A DNA stretch of 64,000 nucleotides from Macrostomum lignano (taxonomy: Eukaryota), in the NCBI GenBank assembly GCA_002269645.1, contig NIVC01000386.1:186001-250000 (forward strand), in the 5' to 3' direction. The notes beneath the pieces are model-generated. The model was not told the DNA's origin and made no database searches. It saw nothing but the letters and a program-made list of their open reading frames with translations. The translations under genes were made by a program, and so were the position numbers. This document shows, piece after piece, positions 38,355-50,400 of the stretch; position 1 is the stretch's first letter; each line of letters begins with the position of its first letter.

Positions 38355-38925
38355 AGTCTCATATTGGTCATAGATTAGTCATATCAGTCTCAAATTGGTC
38401 ATGGATTAGTCATAGCAGTCTCAAATTGGTCATGGATTAGTCATAGCAGTCTCATATTGGTCATAGATTAGTCATAGCAGTCTCATATTGGTCATAGATT
38501 AGTCATAGCAGTCTCAAATTGGTCATAGATTAGCCATAGCAGTCTGATATTAGTCATAGATTAGCCATAGCAGTTTGATATTAGTCATAGATTAGCCATA
38601 GCAGTCTCAAATTGGTCATAGATTAGTCATAGCAGTCTCATATTGGTCATAGATTAGTCATAGCAGTCTCAAATTGGTCATAGATTAGCCATAGCAGTCT
38701 GATATTAGTCATAGATTAGTCATAGCAGTCTCAAATTGGTCATAGATTAGCCATAGCAGTCTCATATTGGTCATAGATTAGCCATAGCAGTCTCATATTA
38801 GTCATAGATTAGTCATAGCAGTCTCAAATTGGTCATAGATTAGCCATAGCAGTCTCATATTAGTCATAGATTAGTCATAGCAGTCTCAAATTGGTCATAG
38901 ATTAGCCATAGCATATCATATTGGT
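38355..38925. repeat. 31-bp minisatellite (ATTAGTCATAGCAGTCTCAAATTGGTCATAG)
   Basis: Directly visible tandem array upstream of RPL37. Confidence 0.95.
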
Positions 38926-39012
38926 CAAATAATAGTCAGCACTTAAAATTTCGGTCATAAATCAGTCATGACAGCAGTAAGACCGGTCATACTCCAACCC
39001 GCAGCTCCGGCC

Positions 39013-39296
39013 ATGACCAAGGGCACAACCTCATTTGGAAAGCGGCACAACAAGTCGCACACGCAGTGCCGCCGCTGCGGCCGCAAGTCCTACCACGTGC
39101 AGAAGAAGACCTGCTCCTCCTGCGCCTACCGGCCGCCAGGATCCGGCACTTCAACTGGGCCAAGAAGGCGCAGCGCAGGCGCACCACCGGCACCGGGCGG
39201 ATGCGCCACCTCAAGGTTGTGCAGCGCCGGTTCAACTACGGCTTCCGCACAGGGCAGGCCAAGCCGTGCGCGCCAAAGGCTGGCGCCAGCGCCTGA
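39013..39296 (+). CDS. RPL37: 60S ribosomal protein L37 (eL37), intronless, with an apparent single-base frameshift at ~39130 (pseudogene or assembly error)
   Basis: [39 protein letters not shown], then in a shifted frame [29 protein letters not shown]. One C appears missing in TACC(C)GGCC. Acceptor-like CCCGCAG 8 nt before the ATG. Confidence 0.9.
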
Positions 39297-39564
39297 GGCC
39301 TCGGGCGGGGGCGGGGGCGGAGTTGCCGAGGAGACTCCGGCGGTGACGAGATGGACTAGCGATGAGGGAGAATTGCTCGGTGTTTGCCAGCCTCCTTTGG
39401 TGCAGAGAAATACACTGATTGAATTTGGCCTGCTGCGCCACCTGGAGTAGCTTTGGAATATTTTTCTTGTCTTGCTATTTTTAACCTTGTAGTGTTGTGA
39501 GTGTGGCGGTTGTTATGGCTATCGGTGTTGTTAGGAGTGGTTGCCATGTGTACACTGCTGTGGA

Positions 39565-39955
39565 TATCAGTCTGTTTATCAATGTGTTCAGGTGCCGGCA
39601 GTGTGGATATCAGTGTGGGCAGGCGTGGATATCAGTGTGGGCAGGTGTGGATATCAGTGTTGGTAGGCGTGGATATCAGTGTGGGCAGGTGTGGATATCA
39701 GTGTTGGCAGGTGTGGATATCAGTGTGGGCAGGTGTGGATATCAGTGTTGGCAGGTGTGGATATCAGTGTGGGCAGGTGTGGATATCAGTGTTGGCAGGT
39801 GTGGATATCAGTGTGGGCAGGCGTGGATATCAGTGCAGGCAGGTGTGGATCAGTGTTGGCAGGCGTGGATATCAGTGTGAGCAGGCGTGGATATCAGTGT
39901 TGGCAGGTGTGGATATCAGGGCAGGCAGGTGTGGATATCAGTGTGGACAGGTGCT
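39565..39955. repeat. 22-bp minisatellite (GTGGATATCAGTGTGGGCAGGT)
   Basis: Directly visible; followed by TTCTAAC...CTGCAG branch/acceptor at ~39975-39989. Confidence 0.93.
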
Positions 39956-40065
39956 AATGCCTGTAGCTATAAATTCTAACAAACTGCAGCTCCTGATCCG
40001 CGGCCGCCACCCCATTCATGCCAGCTACCCCCCGGATTTCCCCGCATGCCATCTGAGCCCTGACG

Positions 40066-40997
40066 ATGCAGCCGCCCCAGCTGCTCAACGGCGGAGGCGG
40101 CCACGCCAAGAAGTTTCGCAAGCGCCGAGATTTGAACGCCCTGCTTCCGCCAGAGAAACAGCAGCCGCAACCGCCTCTGCAGCTCCAGCAGAGCGGCAGC
40201 CGGCGCAGCCTCCTGGCCAGGAGCTCCGCCTCGGCGCTGTCCTCCACTTCTTCCCTTGACGAAGCGGCGGCCGCAGCCGCGGCAGCGTCGGCAAACGATG
40301 CCGACTGGGACGGCGGCGAACGCGGCGAGCTGCTGCTCACCGACAGCGCCAGCTCCGACGAGGTCGGCGCCGACTGCCGCAAGCTGCTGCGGCCCCGCGA
40401 CCTACTTGATCGCCGCCGGCGCCAACAGCGTGGGCGCCAGCAGCGCGCCTCGGCGCCAGGCTCGCTGACCGTCACTGGCGCGGCGGCGGCGGGGGCGGCG
40501 GTGGCAGCGGAGGCGGTGGCGCGTCGGGCTGCGGCTGGTGGCCGGTGCAGGTGCTGGTCAGCGCCGTCTGCCTGTCCCTGTGCGCCCTGCTGCTGTGGCT
40601 GACCCTCGGCCTCAAGTCCGGCTCCGCCGACCTCGCCTACCGCCTGCAGTCGCTGGGCCGCGAGTCCCGCCGCCTTCAGGACGAGCTGCAGGCGCTGCGC
40701 GACTCGCGCCTGGCCGCCACCGGCAACCTGACCAGCCTGGCCGAGCGAGCCGCCAGCGCCGAGGCGCGCTCAGCCCAGCTGGCCGGCGCGTTGTCCCACC
40801 TGAGCTCCCGCGTGGCCAAGCTGGTGCAGGACAGCGCCGACCGCGCAGCCAGCCTTTCCCGTCTCCGCCAGGATGTTGCCCGCATGCAGGCGCAATCGGC
40901 AAAACAGCCGCCTGGGCCGACGGCAACGTCGACGGCGTCATCGGCAACAACCGGCACCCCTCTTGCCGGCAATGCCAGCGCCACGGCCGGAGCTTGA
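40066..40997 (+). CDS. EFCAB14-like type II membrane protein (basic N-terminal motif, TM helix, coiled coil); apparent frameshift near 40430-40470
   Basis: KKFRKRRDLNALL...LLLTDSASSDE resembles the EFCAB14 N-terminus (KKRKELNALI...DSDSESS). A second frame gives poly-Gly, WWPVQVLVSAVCLSLCALLLWLTLGL and a heptad-rich stalk. No EF-hand seen. Confidence 0.6.
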
Positions 40998-41059
40998 ATT
41001 CCTCGCCACCTGTTGTACATTGATGTCGCCCGCGATGCTGCTGACTTTGAAATCAAAAG

Positions 41060-41140
41060 TACAACTTTGAAATATCAAAAGTGCAACTTCGAAATATCAA
41101 AAGTGCAACTTCGAAATATCAAAAGTGCAACTTTAAATCA
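41060..41140. repeat. Short 22-bp tandem repeat (CTTYGAAATATCAAAAGTGCAA), ~4 copies
   Basis: Directly visible. Confidence 0.85.
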
Positions 41141-41965
41141 AGAGTACAGAATTTTATAATAAAAAAGTGCATCAAAAACTCGGAGCGTAAACTTCGCAAT
41201 TACGAGCTAAAAATAAAATTTTCAAAATCAAAAGTGTGCACAACAGCAACAAATGTACTGACCTGTAAAGCTGAAGTACACACTTCACATCTGATGTTCA
41301 CACTGCACAATCGCATATTTCTGAACACAGGCTCTCCGCACCCAGTGCGTGCCAGCCGTCGACAAGCGGACACATTTAAAAATCTGCTATTTTTTTACTC
41401 TCGTGTCACACTCTGGTCAATTGTTACACTGTTAGATGATCCAACAGGCTTTCCGTTGTTTTTTTGGTATTTTTTAGTAGTCAGTTTGGGTTTTATTGCC
41501 ATTTTTTGCACCAGCGTGTTGGTAACTTCAGCTCTCCTAGCCAAACAATACAGCAATTTTATTTAACCGAGAAGCACAGAGCCTACTTACAGTAGAAGCA
41601 ATGCGCATTTTGTTATTGTGATGATTACAAATTTCAGTTTTCTCATCCGGATTTTGCAATGTCAAACAATAGGAAGGATTCCGCAGCTCAGTGAGCAAAC
41701 AGATTTACTTGGCATTCTGTGAGTTGAGCAGCCAGCGCTAGTCACTGCAATGCTGTGTTAGTATTCGCTTCTGCTTATATATTCATATTTTTATAATAAA
41801 ATAATACTACCGCTTCGCACTGCTACTTAGTTGGAGCTAGATGAGTAGTATCGCGGCATATGTGCACCGTGTTTTGTTGTTTCCTCTCTCGTATTGCCGC
41901 ATCTTATCTGCTTGACTGGCTTTAGAAATTTTTTTCTTGCTCGCTTTAATCTGCTGCTTTTTGCA

Positions 41966-42668
41966 GAGCTGGCGGACTATTTTTGTGTCTGTTGGACAGC
42001 GGATAAACTTATCCGGAGCTGGCGGACTATTTTTGTGTCTGTTGGACAGCGGATAAACTTATCCGGAGCTGGCGGACTATTTTTGTGTCTGTTGGACAGC
42101 AGATAAACTTATCCGGAGCTGGCGGACTATTTTTGTGTCTGTTGGACAGCAGATAAACTTATCCGGAGCTGGCGGACTATTTTTGTGTCTGTTGGACAGC
42201 GGATAAACTTATCCGGAGCTGGCGGACTATTTTTGTGTCTGTTGGACAGCGGATAAACTTATCCGGAGCTGGCGGACTATTTTTGTGTCTGTTGGACAGC
42301 GGATAAACTTATCCGGAGCTGGCGGACTATTTTTGTGTCTGTTGGACAGCGGATAAACTTATCCGGAGCTGGCGGACTATTTTTGTGTCTGTTGGACAGC
42401 AGATAAACTTATCCGGAGCTGGCGGACTATTTTTGTGTCTGTTGGACAGCAGATAAACTTATCCGGAGCTGGCGGACTATTTTTGTGTCTGTTGGACAGC
42501 GGATAAACTTATCCGGAGCTGGCGGACTATTTTTGTGTCTGTTGGACAGCGGATAAACTTATCCAGAGCTGGCGAACAAGTATTGTGTCTGTTGGACAGC
42601 AGATAAACTTATCCGGAGCTGGCGGACTATTTTTGTGTCTGTTGGACAGCGGATAAACTTATCCGGAG
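41966..42668. repeat. 50-bp tandem repeat, ~14 near-identical copies, each with a CGGATAA-AC-TTATCCG hairpin
   Basis: Period 50 (ATCCGGAGCT at 42061 and 42111); no unique spacers. Confidence 0.97.
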
Positions 42669-44412
42669 TCGCGTGTTTCTACAGTCTTATTTCTGCACAT
42701 TTATCTGCTTTTATGTTTTCTATTTCCTCGGATTGATTTTGATTTTTTAAGCTTCGCATCCCCGTTGAGCTGTGCTGTCGAATTCCCCTGCAGTCTGTTT
42801 TATCCCGCTGTACTTTTCTGTCTTTTTGATTGACGCCACATTTTGGAGGAAGCTGCTACCAGCACAAGCAGGCAATAGAGGTGTTCCCAGCTTTTCTAAT
42901 TATAGCCCAAAAACTGCTGTTTGATTTGCTTCTTTCGCATATGCGCGTGTTTGAGCTCCAGGTGTAGAGGATGCTTAGTGATTTAGAGCGGGACTTCCCC
43001 TTCTGCCTCACTAATTGAGTTATTCGCCAGTGCAGCATTCAATTAGTTGATTGCTGAGCGGTTGGACAGACAGTTGGCCATTGCGACTGAGAGTTCTTTG
43101 CTTCATGATCTGCTTTTCTAGTCCCTGATAATTGTTTGCACAATGCCTCCCAGACATTATTGATTGTGGCAGCTGCGGGGTTGTCGCCCAGCTAAATTGG
43201 TTGCTAAGTGACTCAAATTGGGAATGGGATATATTGGGGTACTCATCTAGCAGTACTCTAGCGTTTTGGTGCACCAGCTCTAGGGGTAGTGGCTGGCACC
43301 AGTGCACTCGCAGAGGTAGTGGCTGGCATCAGTGCACTCGCAGAGGTAGTGGCTGGCATCAAAGCCTCTGGAAGCGGTCTCAGCGAATCCTTAAAATGAC
43401 CTCTTAAGGTAGCAGCTCTCATTGGCTTGGGTTCGCCTAATCAAATACCAAAGCATTCTCAAGCATGCTTTTCTCAAAGGTCACCGGGGTTGCATTGTAT
43501 TTTAAGAACTGTATTTCGCATGGGACTCGCGGGTCCCCTCCCAGCTTCCAGGCCACTCGAGGCTTTCATTATTGCGCCTGGCCAGCTATGCGGGTTATTG
43601 ACGGGCCCGGCTTTTGCCTTTCCTGCCTGGAGTAGCCGCTGGGTTCCGCGGAACTGAGCTGCTCCTGAACTGCTCGCCCAGCCCAGAGTGCTTCCCCCCC
43701 GCCCAGCCTCTCCCGGCGATTCGTTTCCCTCTTTTGTTGATTCTGCGGCTCTCCATCTGGCCGCACTGTTTTTCGCTCTCCGCCTCTGCCGCCTTCCTCT
43801 CCGTCTCTTTTATTTCTTTCTGCATTTATGCAATCACCGCGTTGCCACGGGCAACCAGCGCGCTGTTTGGCCAGCAGAGCTGCCGCCGCTGCTCAGCCAG
43901 ATTTGATGCTGGAGAAGTGCGGAGGAGGCTGGGCGGGATATTTTCCACTCGCCTCTCCCCAGCCAGCTCGGTGTTATTCCAGCGCGCCCGGCCGGAATGC
44001 CGCTGCTATATTGGCTTATTGTTAGGAAATTGACGCCTGCATTATTCAGTTTGCGGGACTGGCTGCAGTCCGAGCAACTTGCACTCAGTAAAATCTGCCT
44101 CGGTGTATTTCACTTGCGCAGTGGTGGTGTGCTGTGCGTAGCGGCGTTAAACGGGATAGATTAGCGTTTTAAAAGTATATTATTTTATTCATAGTGGCGC
44201 ATGGTACATAGGGTCTATATGCAGTAGTACAGGGTAAAGAGGAGGAGAGCAAATCTAGTAGACTTTTAACCCTCTGTATTATCGTATGTCTGTGCTGTGA
44301 GTGCTCCAGCTTGCTCGAATCCCATATAGTTACTTGCATTCTCAGTGATCGTGAGTCAGCCTTGAGAGCTCGGCCCAACACTTCTCTTGTCTTGCCGTGT
44401 CCCGGTCTGGGC

Positions 44413-47400
44413 TCAGTGGTGCGACCTTCCGCCTTGCCGCTCGAAGAACATGAAGTCCTGCGTTTGTTGACGAGTGAGAGGAGGGCAAAGTTGCAGGATT
44501 TCAAGAATGCATTTGGATTGCGGCGCTTTGGTTCACGGGCCCCCCCCCCGCACTCACGATCAAGAAGCAGGCAGCCAGGATGACCGCTTTAATCTTAACG
44601 CTCAAATCCACCGGAAAGGTGATGCCGAAATTGTCGGCATCTGTGAAGTACTCCTGCAGCAGGTTGGTCCACTGCTTCGACACGCGCCCGATCTCCTCGC
44701 CGGAGTCCTTCGACATGAGCTGCGCGCGGCAACACGGAGTAGGCGAATGTGATGAAGTGCCGAGAGTTGAGATTTGAGCAGAAAATTTGTGTTTGACTCA
44801 CCCTGAACGGAATGTCGTCTCCTGGGCAGTAGCATTTTAGGTAGGTCGGCCCGTCGATGACCAGCACGGTGCAGTCCGACTCGTCCTTGATGTGGTACAT
44901 AGCCTGACAGGCTCCGTACACCTGCACCACCTTGCCCACCTTGTTGCCGGGTGGCGACTCCACCGTGACCTCGTCAAAGCAGCACTTGCAGCAGGAACAC
45001 ATCTGGTGGTAGCACATGCACTTGTAGGGCCGGCTCACGTGGATCACCTCGTTGCCGAGGCTGTCTTCGATGGCCAGCTCGAACGGGCGCTGCGGCCCAC
45101 AGCACTGGCGCACGCAAGTGTCGGACGCTGCAGATAGAAAGAGTTATTGGCGCTAGAAATCAACTGGAGTTTTGATAGATTAAAATGTTTCTATATAGCT
45201 AGAATGACCCGGGGTTGTTTCATGAGCTCGAAATTTCACATCCTCGAATAGTCTTGCCAGTCACCTACCTCCGCCAGCTCACAACTCAAACGGGTTGGAC
45301 AAATGGGAAATTTTCGCTCTAGCCAAGTTATTACAAGACAGACTTTTCGAATCCTTTGCTAGCAATCTGTAGAATTCTTCAGCCATGCGCATCGATGCCG
45401 ATGGCGCAGTATTTTTATATTTCTGCTACCGTTGCATAACTGCCGCTCCGTCTCTCTTGCAGCAAGTCCGTGCCCGGCCAGGCAGGAACTCAGCCAGCGT
45501 CCCAACAGCAAAGCAGCAGCAGGTTCCACCGTTTCCGTCTGTAATTTGAGAATGCGCGCCCGCGGCATCCTGAAGGAGTACCGGGTGGTCGGCCGGCGTC
45601 TGCCGTCCACTGCCGTGCCGCAGCCGCCCCTGTATGAGATGCGCATCTTCGCCACGGACTCCGTGACCGCCAAGTCACGCTTCTGGTACTTCGTGCGCCA
45701 CCTCAAGAAGCTGAAGAAGATGCACGGCGAGGTTCTCCAGTGCAAGATTGTGCCGCCCAAGAAGGCTCTCCGTGTGAAGAACTACGGCGTGTGGCTGCGC
45801 TACAACTCCCGCAGCGGAACGCACAACATGTACAAGGAGTACCGGGACATGGCCCCTGCCGCCGCCATCACCCAGTGCTACCGGGAGATGGGCGCCAGGC
45901 ACAGGGCCCGCGCCTCCTCCATCCACATTCTGAAGATCAAGGAGATCGCGTCCAAGGACTGCAAGCGCCCCTGCGTGACGCAGTTCCACGACAGCAAGCT
46001 GAAGTTCCCGCTGCCGCACCGCGTCCACCGCAGGCTGCACGCGCCAAGGTTCACCACCGTGCGGCCCAAGACCACCTTCTGAGAGCAGGCGAGAAGGCCT
46101 GGCTGGCAGTGCGCTGTGACAGTTGCGGATTCGCTGACAGAACTGAGAGAATTCAAATCAGAAATAAACTCGGACAGGGCGGAATCGAAAGAGCGGCGTC
46201 AAATTTTTGATTGCTGACTTTTTTCAACTGCATTGTCATTTGTTCGATTGTGGAATCAAATTGTCCGTGGCTGGCTGGCTTTCGACTTTTATTTCTTATT
46301 TGGTTAGCAATTTTTTTGTTTTTCTAATTAGTTTATGATTTAGTTTTAATATAGTGGATGGATATGAAATGTTTACTCTTACGGTTGGAAATATCGACTA
46401 AAATCAGGCTGAAACTCGCGGCAAGTATGCAGGGGAAACTAGAGGACAAGCGGAAACCCCTCTGGTAAATAAACCAGATAACACCACAAGATAATTTGCG
46501 AATCTTGTCAGATTCACTACCGATTTCCTTGTTTGAGTTGCGAAACTGGTGAAACCACCAGATTCGTCACCAGGTAATTTTTTGTTTTCTTGTTTGACTG
46601 TTATCTGGTGAGTTATCTGAATTTCACCAGATAACATGGCCCGAATCTTGCTTAGAAATCAGATTACATGACAAGATTCGCCACCAGATAATTTTTTGTT
46701 TTCTTGTTTGACTGATATCTGGTGAGTTATCTGAATTTCACCAGATAACATGGCCCGAATCTTGCTTAGAAATCAGATTACATGACAAGATTTGCCACCA
46801 GATAATTTTTTGTTTTCTTGTTTGATTGAATCTTGTTTGAATCGGAATTTCGCAGGATAACATGGCGCGAATCTTGTTTGAAAATCAGATAACAGTACAA
46901 GATTTAAATCAGGATAACTGTGCATTATCTAGTCTGTAAGAAACCTGTGTGAATCTGAAATTTACCGGATAACAGGATGCGAATCTGGTTTGCAAACCAG
47001 ATAATGGAAAATATTTCAATCAAGATGTGTTATCCGGTCTGTAAGACCCCGTTGTACTTTTCACCCATAATTTTTTTCAGAATTTCGTGATCCAGGCCTA
47101 ATTTAATTGATTTCCAAGTGAAGGCCCGGATCAGCATTTTTAGCCTGGAATAGCCTCTTTTTTCCGGAAATGTGATCCTGCAAAAGTTCGGGAAAAGGAA
47201 AGCTGTTCCGGCTGCATTTTCCGAAAATTTTCATTGTTCAACACTGCTAAATTCTGATTGTAGACCCAAATTTCAGGTTTTCCAAATGAAAATGTTCTGA
47301 ATGGGATTTCAGGAGTTCAGTCGGAATTCCTCAGTCATCTAGACCAAGTGATTCGGCAAATCCACAGGAATCAGCTCCCATGGACTCGAATCTCGATGAA

Positions 47401-50400
47401 GTTATGGATAAGACTGGTCTTCGCGTCTGTTGTGGCTCAAGGCAGCTCCTATGCTGACCTGCGATGGATAATAAATCCTCGCTTCTGGTGTGGCTCAAGG
47501 CAGCTTTTATAAGCTGACCTGCGATGGATAATCAATCCTCGCTTCTAGTGTGGCTCAAGGCAGCTTTTATAAGCTGACCTGCGATGGATAATCAATCCTC
47601 GCTTCTAGTGTGGCTCAAGGCAGCTTTTATAAGCTGACCTGCGATGGATAATCAATCCTCGCTTCTAGTGTGGCTCAAGGCAGCTTTTATAAGCTGACCT
47701 GCGATGGATAATCAATCCTCGCTTCTAGTGAGGCTCAAGGCAGCTTTTATAAGCTGACCTGCGATGGATAATCAATCCTCGCTTCTAGTGTGGCTCAAGG
47801 CAGCTTTTATAAGCTGATCTGCGATGGATAATCAATCCTCGCTTCTGTTGTGGCTCAAGGCAGCTGACCTGCGAGGGGTAAAGTGCCATATATCAGCAAA
47901 CGCTAGCGCTCGTAATGTGAGGCCGTGCCCACCCTCCCTGCAGGTGATAGCTTTGTTGGCTCTCCGACAAACTATTGCATTCTTATTGTGCTGGAGAGGT
48001 TTGACTCCCAATGGCATGTAGTCTGTCGTGGTTACTTAGTGTATCAGATTACCCTATTATCTGGTGCAGCTGGGTGTCTAGATGGAGCTGTGGCATGGTT
48101 CCAAAAGCTCCTACTGGCCCAGTTCTAAAGTAGCCTTTTTTAAGACAGACGTTATTCTAGCTCTTGCTAGAGCATGCTCCATTGGGTTGTCTAAAGCGTC
48201 TGCAGTGTTGGTGTATGGCCACCAGCGAGGGATAATTGAACCCCGCTTCAACCGATGAATCAGAGTTGAGCAGTTGACTGAAAATGCTGACCTACGAGGG
48301 GTAATCAATCCTCGCGTCTTTTGTAGCTCAAGGCAGCTGCTAAGAGTAGTCACTTTTATTTGACTATGCAGGTCAATCTTTAATCCGAGGGGTAAAAAAG
48401 CCTCGAAATTGCAAGGTGAATTGATCTGCTTTACGGCGGCACTGTAGCGTCCTTAATGTGAGGCTGTGCCCATCCTCCGTACAGGTGACAATTGAAAAAT
48501 TGTTGCGCCCTGTTTGTGTGCGAGAGGTTTGACTACCACTGGCATGCAGTCTGTCACAGCTGCTTAGTGTGTCAACGGGCTGAATGATTCTATCGTCTTA
48601 TTTGACGCTTAGAAGCATGAGTCAGCCAACCATATTGTTTGGCACAGCTGGGTGTCTAGACGGAGACTGTGGCATGGTTCCAAATAGCTCTAACTGGCCC
48701 AGTATGCAAAGCAGCTTTCCTATTAAGATAGACGCTAATCCGATTTTTTCGGTGCATGCTCCATTGGTTTGTCTAAGGCGTTTGCAGTTGCACCAGCCGT
48801 GAGCAGATCAAGTCAAGAGAGTAGTCGTTACAGACTACGAGTGTCGGTAATCTTGTCGAGATTTAATAAATCCTCGAACAAGTCAAGAGAGTAGTCGTTA
48901 CAGACCATGAGTGTCGGCAATCTTGTCAGCCACTTTTTCCGGAGGGTGTCACTGCTTCGAACGACGCAGTTGATGACGCCGTTGGCCGATCGTCCATCGC
49001 ACTAGCGACATCTGCAACGCCAAGTCGGTTGGATATTACCGTTGGCGCACGGGATTGCGAAAACAATCAGGTAAGAGTTTCCAGCGTAGTCGGCATTTCG
49101 TGGACGCAACGAAGCCAGCGCCGCGCGAGCCGGCGCATCAGATGATACACCATTCACTTTGTCTCCGTTCTACGAGCAGCCGATCAACGAAAGCCAGTTG
49201 ATTCCGGACGACGACTATACTACGAATGACTGCCATCAGAGTCGCGTCCGAGTACAGCAGGTCCGACCTGCGACTCAGCACCAGCTCGCAGCAGATCACC
49301 AATTCAGTAGTATCAATTAGTATCCACAGTATAAGTAGGTCTACTTATAACTGGACTGTCGAAACTCATACGTATGCCACGCTGTTCTCCAGAAGTTTTC
49401 GTTCCTGTTGAGCTTGTTCCTGTTCCTTGTTTAGTTTGTATAAGGCGCTCACAAAGTACAACCCGCTGTTAAATATAGAGAGGCTACTCATAAAATCTTG
49501 AATCACCAACTTCTTATACGCATCTTTACTGCGAAATTTGATGTCAATGCCTTCCGGCTTCTTTCACATGAATTACCCGACTGTTACCTGGTCAGCGAAT
49601 CCTGTTTGCCAGACAGGATAACAAACAAGATAACAAACAGGATAACACGATGTTTCCCTGCAGGATTCGCACGAATTATCCGGCTGTTACCTGGTCAGCG
49701 AATCCTGTTTGCCAGACAGGATAACAAACAAGATAAAAAACAGGATAACACGATGTTTCCCTGCAGGATTCGCATGAATTACCCGACTGTTACCTGGTCA
49801 GCGAATCCTGTTTGTCAGACAGGATAACAAACAAGATAACAAACAGGATAACACGATGTTTCCCTGCAGGATTCGCACGAATTATCCGGCTGTTACCTGG
49901 TCAGCGAATCCTGTTTGCCAGACAGGATAACAAACAAGATAACAAACAGGATAACACGATGTTTCCCTGCAGGATTCGCATGAATTACCCGGCTGTTACC
50001 TGGTCAGCGAATCCTGTTTGCCAGACAGGATAACAAACAAGATAACAAACAGGATAACACGATGTTTCCCTGCAGGATTCGCATGAATTACCCGGCTGTT
50101 ACCTGGTCAGCGAATCCTGTTTGCCAGACAGGATAACAAACAAGATAACAAACAGGATAACACGATGTTTCCCTGCAGGATTCGCATGAATTACCCGACT
50201 GTTATCTGGTCAGCAAATCCTTTTTGAATCTTGTTTGAAACAAGGAAACGTAAGATTTCGTCACGCAAACAAGATTCATACAAGATAACATTTTGCATAA
50301 CCGGAATAGGGCATGTTATCTTGTTTGAGCGAATGTTATCTTGTGGTGTTATCTGGTTTATTTACCAGAGGGACGATGGCTGCACTCACATTCCTTGGCA

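Larger units (their letters stand above)
46458..50372. mobile_element. Non-autonomous CMC/EnSpm (CACTA-like) DNA transposon, 3.9 kb
   Basis: 37-bp TIR CCCTCTGGTAAATAAACCAGATAACACCACAAGATAA at both ends; 2-bp TSD AC; arrays of subterminal repeats at both ends; no transposase ORF seen. Confidence 0.85.

Noticed and set aside
41966-42668. CRISPR-like appearance of the 50-bp hairpin repeat
   Set aside because: Units are contiguous with no unique spacers, there are no cas genes, and the context is eukaryotic.
42850-44050. Possible LINE or other coding remnant
   Set aside because: Short broken frames with no recognisable RT, endonuclease or gag motif.
45432-45551. 40-aa N-terminal extension of RPL18A in the ORF track
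   Set aside because: Non-ATG start; homology and the canonical 176-aa length begin at ATG 45552.
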